From Octopus vulgaris (taxonomy: Eukaryota), in NCBI GenBank assembly GCA_951406725.2, contig OX597815.1, positions 198,214,001-198,278,000 of the forward strand: DNA of 64,000 bases, given 5' to 3'. Positions 1 to 13,326 of the stretch are shown here, one piece after another; within the stretch, counting starts at the first letter, position 1; the number at the start of each line of letters is the position of its first letter. Both the position numbers and the translations under genes were made by a program. A model generated the notes under the pieces. The model worked only from the letters and a program-made list of their open reading frames with translations. It made no database searches and was not told the DNA's origin.

Positions 1-135
1 CATTTGTGTAAATTGCATAGGTTTACCTGTTTCTCACATTGCATATAGATAAGGATTTCTTTGGAATAATGATAGAGTTAACTGCTGAAAATTCAAAGTG
101 GTCAGTTACAGATTTGGGAAATCTACAGACGACAG
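1..135 (-). mobile_element. Decayed LINE (CR1-like) APE endonuclease N-terminal remnant, running off the window start
   Basis: Minus-strand translation with a frameshift, NFSAVNSIIIPRNPYLYAM*ETG, resembles the start of CR1-type APE domains (NF.SV...L...P.LLALCET). Confidence 0.4.
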
Positions 136-1045
136 CCCATTCGCAGAAAAGCGGATGCTAAAAGCAGAATGCAACATTTTCGGCAGGTAATTATTTCAGT
201 GATGGGATAGCCAAAGCATTTAGTAAGAATTGAAAAGAGCTCTCCTCAAACACCGCTGGTAGGATGTTCTGCAATCTGCGATAAGAACATAATCGATATG
301 CTTCAATAGAATGGTCATAAAGGAAAAGACTGATAAGAGTTGAGTCACTGAGCAAATTCGAAGAGGTAAACAGGAAATGTCATCGTGACCGAATCACAGA
401 CGGTTACAGTGACCCAACACAAAACAAGAAGAATTCATTTTCAGAACGAAGACGCATTCTCTGTGACATGAAAGACCGTAAACAGCTGCTGGGTACGCAT
501 GCCTGAAATGGAGAATTTCGATCAAACTCATTGTTTGATCAAAAGAGAAGGCAGGTACAGCTTAATATTACGGTTTGTAACGGTGCTTTATTTTTGTTTA
601 TCGAAGCTGACGCCAGATCTGCAAAAGTAGTACCTGCTTCGGTGATTTTGTGGCAATTCTCGGCAGGTGACAGGGAGAAATGAGAAAAGCGATGAACAGC
701 TCAGCCGATACAGTTGCAGATAACACGTAGTAAAAGAAGTAAGGTATCAAGTTTAATCGAGCTGTTCTGTGTGCGTTAAACATAGACTCAGACGGATCGG
801 TATGTTGATTGACAAACCGATGGGCGTACTAAGAATAGGAAGCACATTCAACGGGTTTCACAGAGATTATTTTATTATTTTATTTATGAAAATTTCTTTA
901 CTCAGTACGCGTTATCTGTCCGCTGAAGGCTGACAGAAAGAGGAGAGACAGAAACAGAATCAGACAGATAGACAGCCAGCCAGAGAGACAGAGAGCGCAG
1001 GTTACACAGAGAGAGATAGTATGTGTGTATATGTGTGTGTGTATG

Positions 1046-1099
<54 letters not shown>

Positions 1100-1548
1100 T
1101 AAAAAGAGATCGCTTCTAAGCTTGTTTCTTTTCTCCAGAGAGTGAACTCTCTTGTGAGTAAATAGGGCACATCTCCCTATTGAAGATGGTAAAATTGGAA
1201 ACTAAATAAATCTAATTCTGTTACACTTCGAATAAGTCAAGATGCGTCTAGGTGCCGACAACTGGCGGCTACTAGATACATTTGTTACAGATAAAAGACG
1301 AAATTAGCAGCTGAGAAATGACAGTAACCTGAATTTAACTCTAGCACAGTCTGAAGAGAAACCTCACACGCTTATAGATCTTATATTGGGTGAAATATTA
1401 ACCACTATGGACTTGCAATTAACCCTTGTGAATAGTAAGATGATGCTTCGATAAGAGGTCATGCAATATTAATAGGAAAAATTTCTACTCACACGCACAT
1501 ACACACACAAAGTATGTATGTGTATATATATATATATATATATATGTA

Positions 1549-1944
1549 TACTCTTTTACTTGTTTCAGTCATTTGACTGCGGCCATGCTCGAGCACCGCC
1601 TTTTAGTATAGCAAATCGACCCCAGGACTTAATCTTTGAAAGCCTAGTTCTTTTTCTATTGGTCTCTTTTGCCGAACCGCTAAGTAACGGGGACGTAAAC
1701 ATACCAGCATCGGTTGTCAAGCGTTGTTGGGGGGACAAACACAGACACAAACACATACATACGTACATATATATATATATATATATATACGACAGGCTTC
1801 TTTCAGTTTCCGTCTACCAAATCCACTCACAAGGCTTTGGTTGGCCCGAGGCTATAGTAGAAGACACTTGCCCAATGTGCCACGCAGTGGGACTGAACCC
1901 AGTGGCTGGTAAGCAAGCTACTTACCACACAGCCACTCCTGCGC

Positions 1945-1946
<2 letters not shown>
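1549..1946 (-). mobile_element. tRNA-derived SINE family A with internal (TA)/(CA) microsatellite
   Basis: Minus-strand head GGCGCAGGAGTGGCTGTGTGG (A box) and GGGTTCAGTCCC (B box); tail CATGGCCGCAGTCAAATGACTGAAACAAGTAAAAGAG; ~9 homologues in this window; flanked by (TA)n. Confidence 0.93.
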
Positions 1947-2012
<66 letters not shown>

Positions 2013-2113
2013 GGAAGGGGGATGAATACATAAATATATGTCTGTGAATATATGTGTTTATGTGTGTGTATAAGAGTGTAGAATTTTATGGATTTTATCA
2101 AAACACGCCCAAA

Positions 2114-2430
2114 TTTCGAACTTCACCGGTTACAACTCCGCGACCTCCAGTCGATGGGATCAAGGGAACAGCCTGCTCATGAAATTAACGCTCATGCGAA
2201 TGATCACTCCACAAGCAGGCGTACACTTCACGTAGTTCTCAGGGCGTATCACAGTAAATGTAACAAAGATGTCCCTTTCACATACAGGTGCTACATAATT
2301 TTGCTAGCTGAGTGGATTGGAGCAACACGAAATAAGTTGCCTTGCGGAGGAACACTACACGTTGTCGGAATCAAACTCACGCACTTGGGATTGTTTACCC
2401 TATACCGTACCCTACAAGCCACGACACGCC
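2114..2430 (-). mobile_element. Diverged tRNA-derived SINE family D
   Basis: Shares ACAGCCTGCTC.TGAAATTAAC and CGTAGTTCTC blocks with 60244-60592, and GCTGAGTGGATTGGAGCAAC with 41852-42026; ACACGCCCAAA at 2103-2113 and 2424-2434 is a possible TSD. Confidence 0.75.
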
Positions 2431-2485
2431 CAAAACCACATCAACATAGATTATTAATAATTGAATTATCTACATCACACGAATG

Positions 2486-2742
2486 TTCTTATTCTTTTAT
2501 TCTTTTATTCTTTTACTTGTTTCCGGCATTTGACTGCGGCCGTGCTGAAGCATCGCTTTTAGTCGAGCAAATCGACCCCAGGACTTATTCTTTGTAAGCC
2601 TAGTACCTATTCTATCGCTTTCTTTTGCCGAACCGCTAAGTTACGAGGGCGTAAACACGCCAGCATCGTTTGTCAAGTGGTGTAGGAGAAGGGGAAAACA
2701 CAGAAACACACACACGCACACACACACACACTCACACACACA

Positions 2743-2808
<66 letters not shown>

Positions 2809-2935
2809 CATATGTACGACGGGGTTCTTTTAGTTTCTGTCTACCAATTCCACTCACAAGGCTTTGGCCAGCCGGAGGCTATAGTAGAAGACACTTGCCC
2901 TAGGTTCCACGCAGTGGGACTGAACCCGGAACCAT
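2486..2935 (-). mobile_element. SINE family A, 5' end (A box) missing
   Basis: Colinear with 1549-1946; internal (CA)n(TA)n; ATTCTTTT tail repeats. Confidence 0.92.
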
Positions 2936-3053
2936 ATATATAATTCTAAATAATTGTATTTGAAATCTCATGAATAGATTGTTACATATATCGTTACATA
3001 ATATAACAAAATTCATGAATTCAAATTTCAACGAAACCATAGTAAACTAATAT

Positions 3054-3707
<654 letters not shown>

Positions 3708-3989
3708 GAAAAAATGTAATATAACAAATGGTCTTATTCCTTTTATTCTTGTGCAGAGAGGGTGGGAGAGAGAGAAAGAGAAAGGGGATGTAGAGTAAGA
3801 ATAAGAGGAAAAGAGAAAGAGCAAGAGAGAACAAAAAAGGAAATGAAACACAGCATAGATACAGAAGCTGTGTGAAAAGATGTATGGAAGTAATAACCTA
3901 GGAAACGAAAGTAACACAGAAAACTGCACAGATTGTAAGTTCTCACCATTATCAAAAGTGTCGCTAACACCAATAGTGTTTTACATTTG

Positions 3990-4340
3990 TCGAGACATCC
4001 TGCCAGGTAAGGCGAAAAATTAGAAAAGCGTCATGTGGTGCAGTATATGAATATTATTATGTATCAGGTATATACGATATAGCTTTCCCTTAAAGATGGA
4101 GAAAAATAATTATCTCTTTCGGCTGAGAAAAACAAAGCATGTATAATAAGCGGAAAAGATCAGTATGTTGACTGAAGGAATATATAACAAGTTGGCTGAG
4201 TATGTTGTGTGAAAGAAAACAGATAGTTGTTTTGACACTGGATGCTGAACGATGACAGGTAGCAATAACAAGGTATCATGTGGCAAAACCAAGCCGAGAT
4301 AGACACGAACACGTATGAGAATGTCTGTGGTTGTTAAGTG
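3990..4340 (-). mobile_element. Decayed LINE APE endonuclease remnant
   Basis: Minus-strand fragments LVIATCHRSASS and PSVNILIFSAYY resemble the YRSPS and PSANI..GDFN regions of CR1-type endonucleases. Confidence 0.4.
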
Positions 4341-4408
4341 GCAGAGGTATATTCTGATAGTGATAATATAAGAGATGTAGTGGGGAGAAGGAAGACGATT
4401 GATTGTTC

Positions 4409-4451
<43 letters not shown>

Positions 4452-4583
4452 GAGGAAAGAGAAAATGTGAAAGAGGAAGAAAGAGTAGCAAACACAGTAT
4501 TATGCGAAGGAAACGGTAGACGAAGTTAAGAGAAGAGATGAGAACGTTTCTCAGAGACACTGAAAACTATCCTATTATTGCTA

Positions 4584-4801
4584 TACTCTTTATTCTTTTA
4601 CTTGTTTCAGTCATTTCAGTGTGGCCATGCTGGAGCACCGCCTTTAGTCGAGTAAATCGACCCCATGACTTATTCTTTGTAAGCCTAGTACTTATTGTAT
4701 CGGAATCTTATGCCGAAACGCTAAGTTACGGAGACGTAAACACACTAGCATCTATTGTCAAGCGATGTTAGGGGGACAAACACGAACACACACACGCACA
4801 C

Positions 4802-4886
<85 letters not shown>

Positions 4887-5058
4887 CATATACACGACTG
4901 GCTTCTTTCAGTTTCCGTCTACCAAATCGACTCACAAGACTTTGGTCGGCCCGAGTCTATAGTAGAAGACACTTGCCCAAGGTGCCAGGCAGTGGGACTG
5001 AACCCGAAACCATGTGGTCAATAAGCAAGCTACTTACCACACAGCCACTCCTACGCCT
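4584..5058 (-). mobile_element. SINE family A, full length
   Basis: Colinear with the other copies; A and B boxes on the minus strand. Confidence 0.93.
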
Positions 5059-5331
5059 ATACACTAAAATATCTTCCAAACGTTAGGATTATAACAGAAG
5101 AGAAACACAAGGCAGTCATGTATAACGAAAGAACACGGTAAAACTAAAATGATTGATAATTTCATCCACAATCGACTGAATTGCTTGCAGTTTAAGCATC
5201 TTTTTTACTATCTAATATAAGTGACTCTAATATGTTCTTAGATTTACACAAATATTGTATTTTGGAATACTGCAGTGCAAAGAGAGAACGGTAGCAAACA
5301 ATACGGGGATTTTATAATTATATATGTATAT

Positions 5332-5729
5332 AGGTGCAGGAGTGGCTGTGTGGTAAGTAGCTTGCTTACCAGCTACATGGTTCCGGGTTCAGTCCCACTG
5401 CGTGGCATCTTGGGCAAGTGTCTTCTGCTATAGCCCCGGGCCGACCAATGCCTTGTGAGTGGATTTGGTAGACGGAAACTGAAAGAAGCCTGTCGTATAT
5501 ATGTATATGTATGTGTGTGTATATGTTTGTGTGTCTGTGTTTGTCCCCCTAGCATTGCTTGAGAACCGATGCTGGTGTGTTTACGTCCCCGTCACTTAGC
5601 GGTTCGGTAAAAGAGACTCATAGGATAAGTACTGGGCTTACAAAGAATAAGTCCCGGAGTCAATTTGCTCGACTAAAGGTGGTGCTCCAGCATGGCTGCA
5701 GTCAAATAACTGAAACAAGTAAAAGAGTA
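5332..5729 (+). mobile_element. SINE family A, full length
   Basis: A and B boxes, family tail; similar ATTATATAT(AT)GTAT flanks on both sides. Confidence 0.93.
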
Positions 5730-6312
5730 TATTATATATGTATGTCTGAATGCTTTTTTACCTGCGTTTGTCTTCCACCACCACTTGACACTCGATGTTA
5801 CTTTGTTTCCGTTCCCGTAACTTAGTAATTCAGCAAAATGGTATGACAGAAAAGAGTAGTTGCATCATTTCGGCGAACAAAAATACTTCAATACAGTCCT
5901 CTACCAAAGTCGCAATCTAATAAAATATAGGCGGAAAAGATTTTCAATCGCCTTGAAGACGTTGTGTTAACATATTTTTGGAAATAAAAATTTCAATGGC
6001 GTTTTCTATATCTATAAATTGTTAGTATAATAGAAACAGTTCTAGGCTTCATAACGGTAATTCCAGATTAAAGACATGATATTCTCTATACGGATTTTGT
6101 TGTTAAATACTCTGAATTTGTCTACATGCATCTAAATCCTATTTGGATCTACTTGGTATACATGAGGGATTTCCTTGGATGTTTACTCCACTTACATTTA
6201 CTGGTGTCTGATTGTTGGATAGCATTAATCAGATTCGCTTAACACTGAGTATTTTTATCGATATCTGCCTGGACATTTTAACCCTTCTAATATATGGACG
6301 CCATGATAGATC

Positions 6313-6500
6313 GTTAGCTCCTACACGCATTTTTTTCTCTCCATGCTTCTCTCCTTTTTTTCTTTGTATCTTTCTGTCGAAGAGCGTAGGCTCGAAACGT
6401 AAAAGACTTTTTCTATTCCTGAGCGCTATACTAATACATATGTTTGCTTATACTCCACCTACCTTCTTCTTTTGTTTATTTTCGTAAACTTTCCCTTATT
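6313..6500 (+). mobile_element. Short element family B (Penelope pseudo-LTR-like) with hammerhead-like motif
   Basis: Direct repeat of 7083-7275; TCTTT-CTGTCGA-A-GAGC-GTAG-GCTC-GAAA-CG-TA-AAAGA at 6369-6406; ends in (TA)n. Confidence 0.75.
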
Positions 6501-6503
6501 ATA

Positions 6504-6580
<77 letters not shown>

Positions 6581-6581
<1 letters not shown>

Positions 6582-6935
6582 AGTGGCAGATGAATGTTAC
6601 TACTAGTTTAACCTTAGGCGGATTCTCCGCCAGTTGGTTTTCGGTGCAATCCCTGCACACTTTATATACAATATATCGCTAGCAAGGGGGAGCGAACACT
6701 TACCAGCCACCAGCAGCCGACAGGATCGCATGGATGGCATGTTTCGAGCTATTTGGCTCACATCAGCCGCGCGTATCTTTGCAGTCGAGTGACAGCTAAG
6801 ATCCGCTTCTGCCAGCGATATATTGTAAACAAAGTGACCATATATTGTATATAAAGAGTGCAGAGCTTGCACCGAAAACCAGCTGACGGGGAATCCGCCT
6901 GAGGTTAAATTGTAAGTATCATTTGTCTGCCACTT
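6581..6935. mobile_element. Foldback / MITE-like element with ~95-bp imperfect terminal inverted repeats
   Basis: AAGTGGCAGATGAATGTTAC...CACTTTATATACAATATA pairs with TATATTGTATATAAAGAGTG...ATTTGTCTGCCACTT. Confidence 0.85.
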
Positions 6936-7001
6936 TGATGTGTCTTATCGGTTTACTGTTTAAGATACGTTACTACTCTATCTCTTCTTGAGATTTTATA
7001 A

Positions 7002-7082
<81 letters not shown>

Positions 7083-7086
<4 letters not shown>

Positions 7087-7271
7087 CTCCTACACGCATT
7101 CTTTTCTCTCCTTGTTTCTCTCCTTGATTTTCTTCTGTGTATCTTTCTGTCAAAGAGCGTAGGCTCGAAACGTAAAAGACTTTTTTCTATTTCTATTCCT
7201 GAGCGCTATACTAATACATTTGTTTGTTAGTACTCCACCTGCGTTCGTCTTTATTTTCGTAAACTTTCCCG

Positions 7272-7275
<4 letters not shown>
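7083..7275 (+). mobile_element. Short element family B, second direct copy
   Basis: Highly similar to 6313-6500; hammerhead-like motif at 7142-7179; (TA)n on both sides. Confidence 0.75.
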
Positions 7276-7326
<51 letters not shown>

Positions 7327-8162
7327 GCTTCTTATAAAAGTATTCTGAGATCTTTGCTTTTAGAATATCTGCAGTGGTATAATATTTATGAAATATGAAT
7401 AGAGTGCATGTCACTTATGTTGCACATCACTAAATATTGGGGATAGGAAAATTTTAGGAGGGAAATTACAATTATTTTCATTATGATCGTGTATTTAACA
7501 GATACATTTTCGAAGGAAATACGTAGTTGTATATTTATTTAAATGAATAACTAATTCATTTATTTATGGTCCAGTATTATGTTGTAATATATTGGTGCGG
7601 CTCAGTTTGACGAGTGTTACTCATGATATGATCAGTGATAACGATTTTATATATATTGGGGAATGGATAGAATTTTGAATGATGAAATAAAGAATTATAC
7701 ATATCTAAATCTAATTATGTCTTTTTTCGTTCTCTTAATATAATCATAATTGCGATGGTATTGACACTATTCGCGTTGTATAAAAGTGTGCAGTAACACC
7801 AAAGATGGAGATTTTTTGAAGCGGATTTTTGAAGCAGATTGGAATCGCAGATAAATAAGGGATATAATAGCCCACTACACCACGGGATTAAATGTCTGAT
7901 TATAAAATATCTATCTGTTTTGATGTGTGAATGCTAGTCAGATGTAAAGAGACAAACTGCTGTACGACATAGCCAACTGTAAACTTTGCATTTACGTATA
8001 AAATCATACATTTCATTCTTATCTGGAATAATGTTAAAAAATTAGGAATCATATATAATCATATTTGCTGCCTTCGGATATCATAAAGTTTGATTTAATA
8101 CAGATACTTGAAAATTCTAAAATTCTAGATTAAGTGCCTTGAATATCAAGGCTTCATCATTT

Positions 8163-8274
<112 letters not shown>

Positions 8275-8519
8275 TTATCAATGTTGCGTTTATGTTCTAG
8301 ACGTGTGTGTGTAAATAAATAAATAAATAATAATGATAAATAATTTTCTTAATCCAGTTTACATCGAATATTTCTTTATCGATTACAAAAGAAAAAAAAA
8401 AAATTCAGAAATTGCATAAAAAATCGAATTAAGCCAATTGGCAGCTTGGCTGATTAGGAAAAGTTGGCAAGAGGTAAAAAAAAATAAATAAAATAAATAG
8501 GTCAGTAATTATAAAAAAG

Positions 8520-10400
8520 AAGGAACAAAAGAACATTCTTTGCATGCAAGCAAGTCGGTAGAAAACGAAAATAGAAAGCGAATCTCTTGAAGTCGGGAAA
8601 TATAAAATATTAGAAATGTTATAAATACTGTAGGTCTGTAAAGTTAAGTTTATAAACGAGTTTGGTTCAACAGAAGATGAGTTTTTAATGATGTTTTTTT
8701 CCGATTAAACAACGAAAAGCTGTTTTTTACCATTCGAGGTAAAATATTGGGTGACCGGAAAGTTGGTGACGATTTTTAAAGGAAGGAAAATGGTCAATAA
8801 ATACTTGCCATTACCCAAGCTTTACTTGGTGCTCATGAACGACGGACTTTGATAGGTTGATCCTATCAAAATCAAGTGCCGAAAATGAACTTTCTTCTCT
8901 TCCATTTTAAAGGGTTACAGAATTAACGCGGTTTATGGGAACATAAACCTTCTTCAACGAAAATATTGCTAAAACTGTGCTCTAAATGGAAGTGTAGTCA
9001 AATCCTATTTTATAGACTCAAACATGTTTTAAAATAAGTCGAAAGGTAAGCTACTATAAATCGGCACGAAAGTTCCGGACAACCCAATATTATTCTATAT
9101 GTTAATACTGTTATAAAGAAAGATAGTTTGACAAATTGATACTCGACAAAAGGGCGTTTCAAAATTTTAGTCAGCGATACCTCTTGTTTGGTAATTATGA
9201 GGAAGAGAACAACAACGGATAAATTCATGGAAATAAATACGGCGGTGATAAAAAAATTATGTTTAACATACCATGAGTATGGGAATTTTGTTTTAATAAA
9301 TTGCTTATATGTGTTTTGAAACTGTGAGACATATCAATATGAATGACCCGAAATTTTATTGGTGTTACATGTGAAACTGCTTTACCTGCAATGAGGATAT
9401 TAGGAAGAAGCTGTTTGCGCTTTGTGGAGAAAAGCATGTAGAAGGTTTTCTTTTTCTTTTATATTAAGAGTAGGCCGATTAGCGATAAGCCATTGATAAG
9501 CATTCTCCAGTCCTGAATTATATTATATAGAAAGGAAAGGTCCTGGCGACTAATAAATGTAATAGAGTCATCGGTGAAATGTAGAAAATTTGATAAATTA
9601 GTAGAACTGCACATATAAGTTATATATATAATGAACAGTAATGGGCCAAGTATGCACCCTTGGGGGCCTCCTAGCTTTATAGCGGATAATGGCGATTTTC
9701 ATGTTTCAAGAGAAACGTAGTGTTTACGCTGTGAGAGGTATGATCTGAACCAATTCTTAGGAACTCCATGTAATCTTATATGCCTAAGTTTGGCCAACAA
9801 TGTATCTAAATGTACGTAATCGAACGCTTTACTGATATCTAAGTAAAGTGCAATGAAATATTTAGAGATTGTTTAGTGAAATGTAGGCATGATCTAGAAA
9901 TACAAGGAGCGCATTTGTAATACTAAATAATCCACTGGAAAAGCGTGTTCGAAACTGTGAGAGAGATACAAAGAAAATAACACGAAGGAGATGAACAGAA
10001 ATTTGGCGTGATTGTGATTGATGTTAGGTATGGAAACCACTATTTTCGACGCCTACAGTTTAGGTGCTGAAATGTGAGAATTTCCAATGTGGATTCACCA
10101 AGAATGAGACTAAATGCGTTAAAAGTAAATTTTCTTGCGTAAAGAAGATATCTCTCCCATAGTTGGGAGAGAGGTTTAATATCGTGAATTTTCTCGCAAT
10201 GTGCACTTAGTTTAGCCACTCGTTTTACAACTTCATACATTCGCGTATACTTTACATGAATCTGATTAACAGTTCATTACTAGTCCTTAACATGCTAGAA
10301 GTTCTTTGACAATCAATGGAGGAGGATTTCCACGCCGGGCTGATCAACGTATGTTGTATGTATAGGTCCTTAACAGCATTTCCCTTTAGAGACGCAGAAG
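8520..10400 (-). mobile_element. Decayed CR1/L2-clade LINE ORF2 (reverse transcriptase) pseudogene
   Basis: Minus-strand motifs LYLDISKAFD, KNWFRSYLSQRKHYV, GGPQGCILGPLLFIIYI, HFTDDS, QWLIANRPTLNI and C-terminal I*NILPRMVKNSFSLF..LKTHLL; stops and frameshifts. Confidence 0.9.
8745..9089 (-). mobile_element. Internally deleted mariner element
   Basis: TA-flanked ~30-bp TIRs TTGGGTGACCGGAAAGTTGGTGACGATTT / TTGGGTTGTCCGGAACTTTCGTGCCGATTT; transposase start MEEKKVHFRHLIL (ATG at 8905) and C-terminal GNGKYL. Confidence 0.88.
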
Positions 10401-10470
10401 AACACGTGCACAAACGTGCACACACACACACATACACACACACAAGGCATATATACATATGTATATATAC

Positions 10471-10519
<49 letters not shown>

Positions 10520-10773
10520 GGAAGTGCCGCCAAGTTAGGCTAGGTAGGCAGCGCCTATCTTGGAGGAAATAGATTCGATGGCAACATTTTACTTTCACAG
10601 CAAAATATACACCTAATTCAATAAAACAATGAAGGTTACTCTGATTAATATGAATAAAATGCAAAATATCTTATTTTTTATAGATTAGGTACGCATAATT
10701 CGTCCCAGCTATTCAATCTCAGTACTTAGAAAGCTATTGATGGATTATATTGTATAAGCACTGTAAACATATA

Positions 10774-10828
<55 letters not shown>

Positions 10829-10984
10829 ATATGTTTTTTAATAAATATATATGTATGTACATATATATATATATATACATATATATACATATATACATAT
10901 ATACATACACACATACATATGCATATATATGTATATCTATCTATCAATCCATCTATCTATCGATCTATCTTTATATCTTATGCG

Positions 10985-11130
10985 AAGAGTACAGTATCAA
11001 TTGTGTCTCCATTATGGCCGATAATATCAATTTGTTTCGTACCAGTTATTCAATGGTAGCAATCCGATTATGTAACCCTAGGCTCATCAGGGATACCCAA
11101 TATAGAATGAAATATGGTGACTGATAAATA
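10985..11130 (-). mobile_element. Penelope-terminus-like fragment between TA-rich tracts
   Basis: Minus strand CCCTGATGAG...TACCATTGAATAACTGGTA-CGAAAC (hammerhead-like core halves). Confidence 0.45.
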
Positions 11131-11151
11131 TATATATATTCATATATATAT

Positions 11152-11309
11152 TTTTTTTTTCTTCTTTTATCTAGTTTCAGCTCACGAGCTGTTGCCACGC
11201 TGGGGCACCACCATTAAGGACAGATAGACCCTAAACCTTAACCCTAGAATTGAACTGGGATCTTTTTAGGGTCAGTAGCCCAAGATGATAACCACTACGC
11301 CATATGTCC

Positions 11310-11310
<1 letters not shown>
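11152..11310 (-). mobile_element. Short tRNA-derived SINE (head joined almost directly to the tail)
   Basis: A box TGGCGTAGTGG, B box AGTTCAATTC; tail GGTGGTGCCCCAGCGTGGCAACAGCTCGTGAGCTGAAACTAGATAAAAG followed by an A-rich end. Confidence 0.8.
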
Positions 11311-11350
<40 letters not shown>

Positions 11351-11649
11351 AAGAGGGAGAAAAAAGTAGATAGATATATAGATAGTTATGCATACATACA
11401 CGAAGACCTGCATGCATACGTCCATACATATATGGTGGTGGTCAACTCCGTATGCAGAGTCTGACCACCTCTTATACCTACACCTTAGATCCTTCATGTT
11501 GTTGTGTGTGGCTTTTTAAACCGGTCAATGTATTGAAAAACACAGCCATAGTTTGCATATCCAAGAACTGCAGTTAAATTCTAAAATTTGTGGATCTGAA
11601 AATGTGTTTTGAGGCCGCCGTTCGATTCGCAGATCTTATGGCATACACG

Positions 11650-11957
11650 GCATACATACATATGTACATACTTACATACATACATACATGCATATATACA
11701 TACATACGTAATACTTACATACATACATGCATGCATACATACCTACATACATACATACATACATACATACATACGTACGTACATACATATGTACATACAT
11801 ACATGCATACATACATACGTACATACATACATACATGCATACATACGAACATACATACATATATACGTACATACATACATACATACACACATACATACAT
11901 ACGTACATACATACATACATACATACATACATACATACATACATACATACATACATA
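11650..11957. repeat. (TACA)n tetranucleotide microsatellite
   Basis: ~300 bp of imperfect TACA repeats. Confidence 0.95.
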
Positions 11958-13244
11958 GGTATGCATGTGTGTCTCTGTGGGTAAGCACTTGCATAGTATT
12001 TTTGTGCATATTTCTGTGTTAGTTCGCGAGAGAGTAGAGTATGAGAGTGAAGGAAGCAGGGTGAGAAAGATAGACAGACAGATAGATGGATAGAGGGGTA
12101 GAGATAGAGAGAGGAGGGGGTAGTGAGAGGAAGGATAAAATGAGAGCATTCTACTTCAAATTTCTCCCAATCTCTCTCTTTCTCAATTTGTTGATATGTA
12201 ATTATATTTGCCTGAATATAAGTCGAAATTCCGAACATTTCTTTACTTGGCCTTGTAGCAACCATAGATTACCATGTATTGACAGCTGCGTCCACTTTAT
12301 TTACTTTCCTCCGTTCCTTTTGCTGCATTACATTTTTAACATTAAGATATATGCGCAGTTTAATATATTTTAGGTGCAATTGTCGATATATAAAACTAAA
12401 CACAGTTCTCTATCAGAATGATAGGATCTGTCCAGTGTAAAACGGAGAGTAGTTGATTCGTCTTGCATATCTTTTGCTCGTATTTATCAATGCGTTACTA
12501 AACATGTGTGAGTATATGTGAGTTTTGTGCTTGATAAGGTTAAATTACTATATGAATGTGCATTCGGAACGAGTAAAAGGAATGTTTTTCTAGTGATGAA
12601 TGTTGTAATTTTTGCAGAAATCCATAGATTGGGATGCGGTTGTGGTAGAGGTTGATGTGGTAGAAAAGGAGAGCAGATATTTCAAATAATCAAAATGTTC
12701 ATTCTCAACCATTAGATATATACCAGGCAGTGGTCACTGCGGCAACAGCTTCCGATAAGCTAATGCAGTGTCATAGTATTGATCTAGCATCAAGGATCGA
12801 TAAAACATGCGTGAATGTGCTATAATTCACCAGTAGAATCAAGCCCTTTCTTTATACCCTTACATTCGTTATTGCATCCTTTCTTCTCTCTTCCATTCCT
12901 ATTATTCATTAGTTAGTGCTGGAGCCCAAACTGACATGACCTAGCCTTATATCATTTCATAATGTTGTCGTTGTTGTTGTTGCTTTTATTGATGCCATGT
13001 TTTTCTTTCTACGCGTTTTATTGTTTTTCATAAGGATGAAGATTGGGTTAGTAAAAGCCGTTAATAAAATTGAATTACTATGAAAATATTTTTTCATTGT
13101 TTCAGTGCGGCTTTCCAGAGAGGAGGATGATGGTGGTGAATTACGAATAGAAAATTTAGTAGAGTGGGTTTCTGGACTGTTTATGTGTTCCAAATGTACC
13201 CTTTGTTATACTTTGATTTCTGTTATCATGTATTACTGCTTTCT

Positions 13245-13290
13245 CATCATCATCGCAATCATCCTTTCCCTTCTCCACTTCATTACGTTT

Positions 13291-13326
<36 letters not shown>

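Noticed and set aside
11228-11248. Telomere-like CCCTAAACCTTAACCCTAG
   Set aside because: Only three degenerate units inside a SINE; not an interstitial telomeric array
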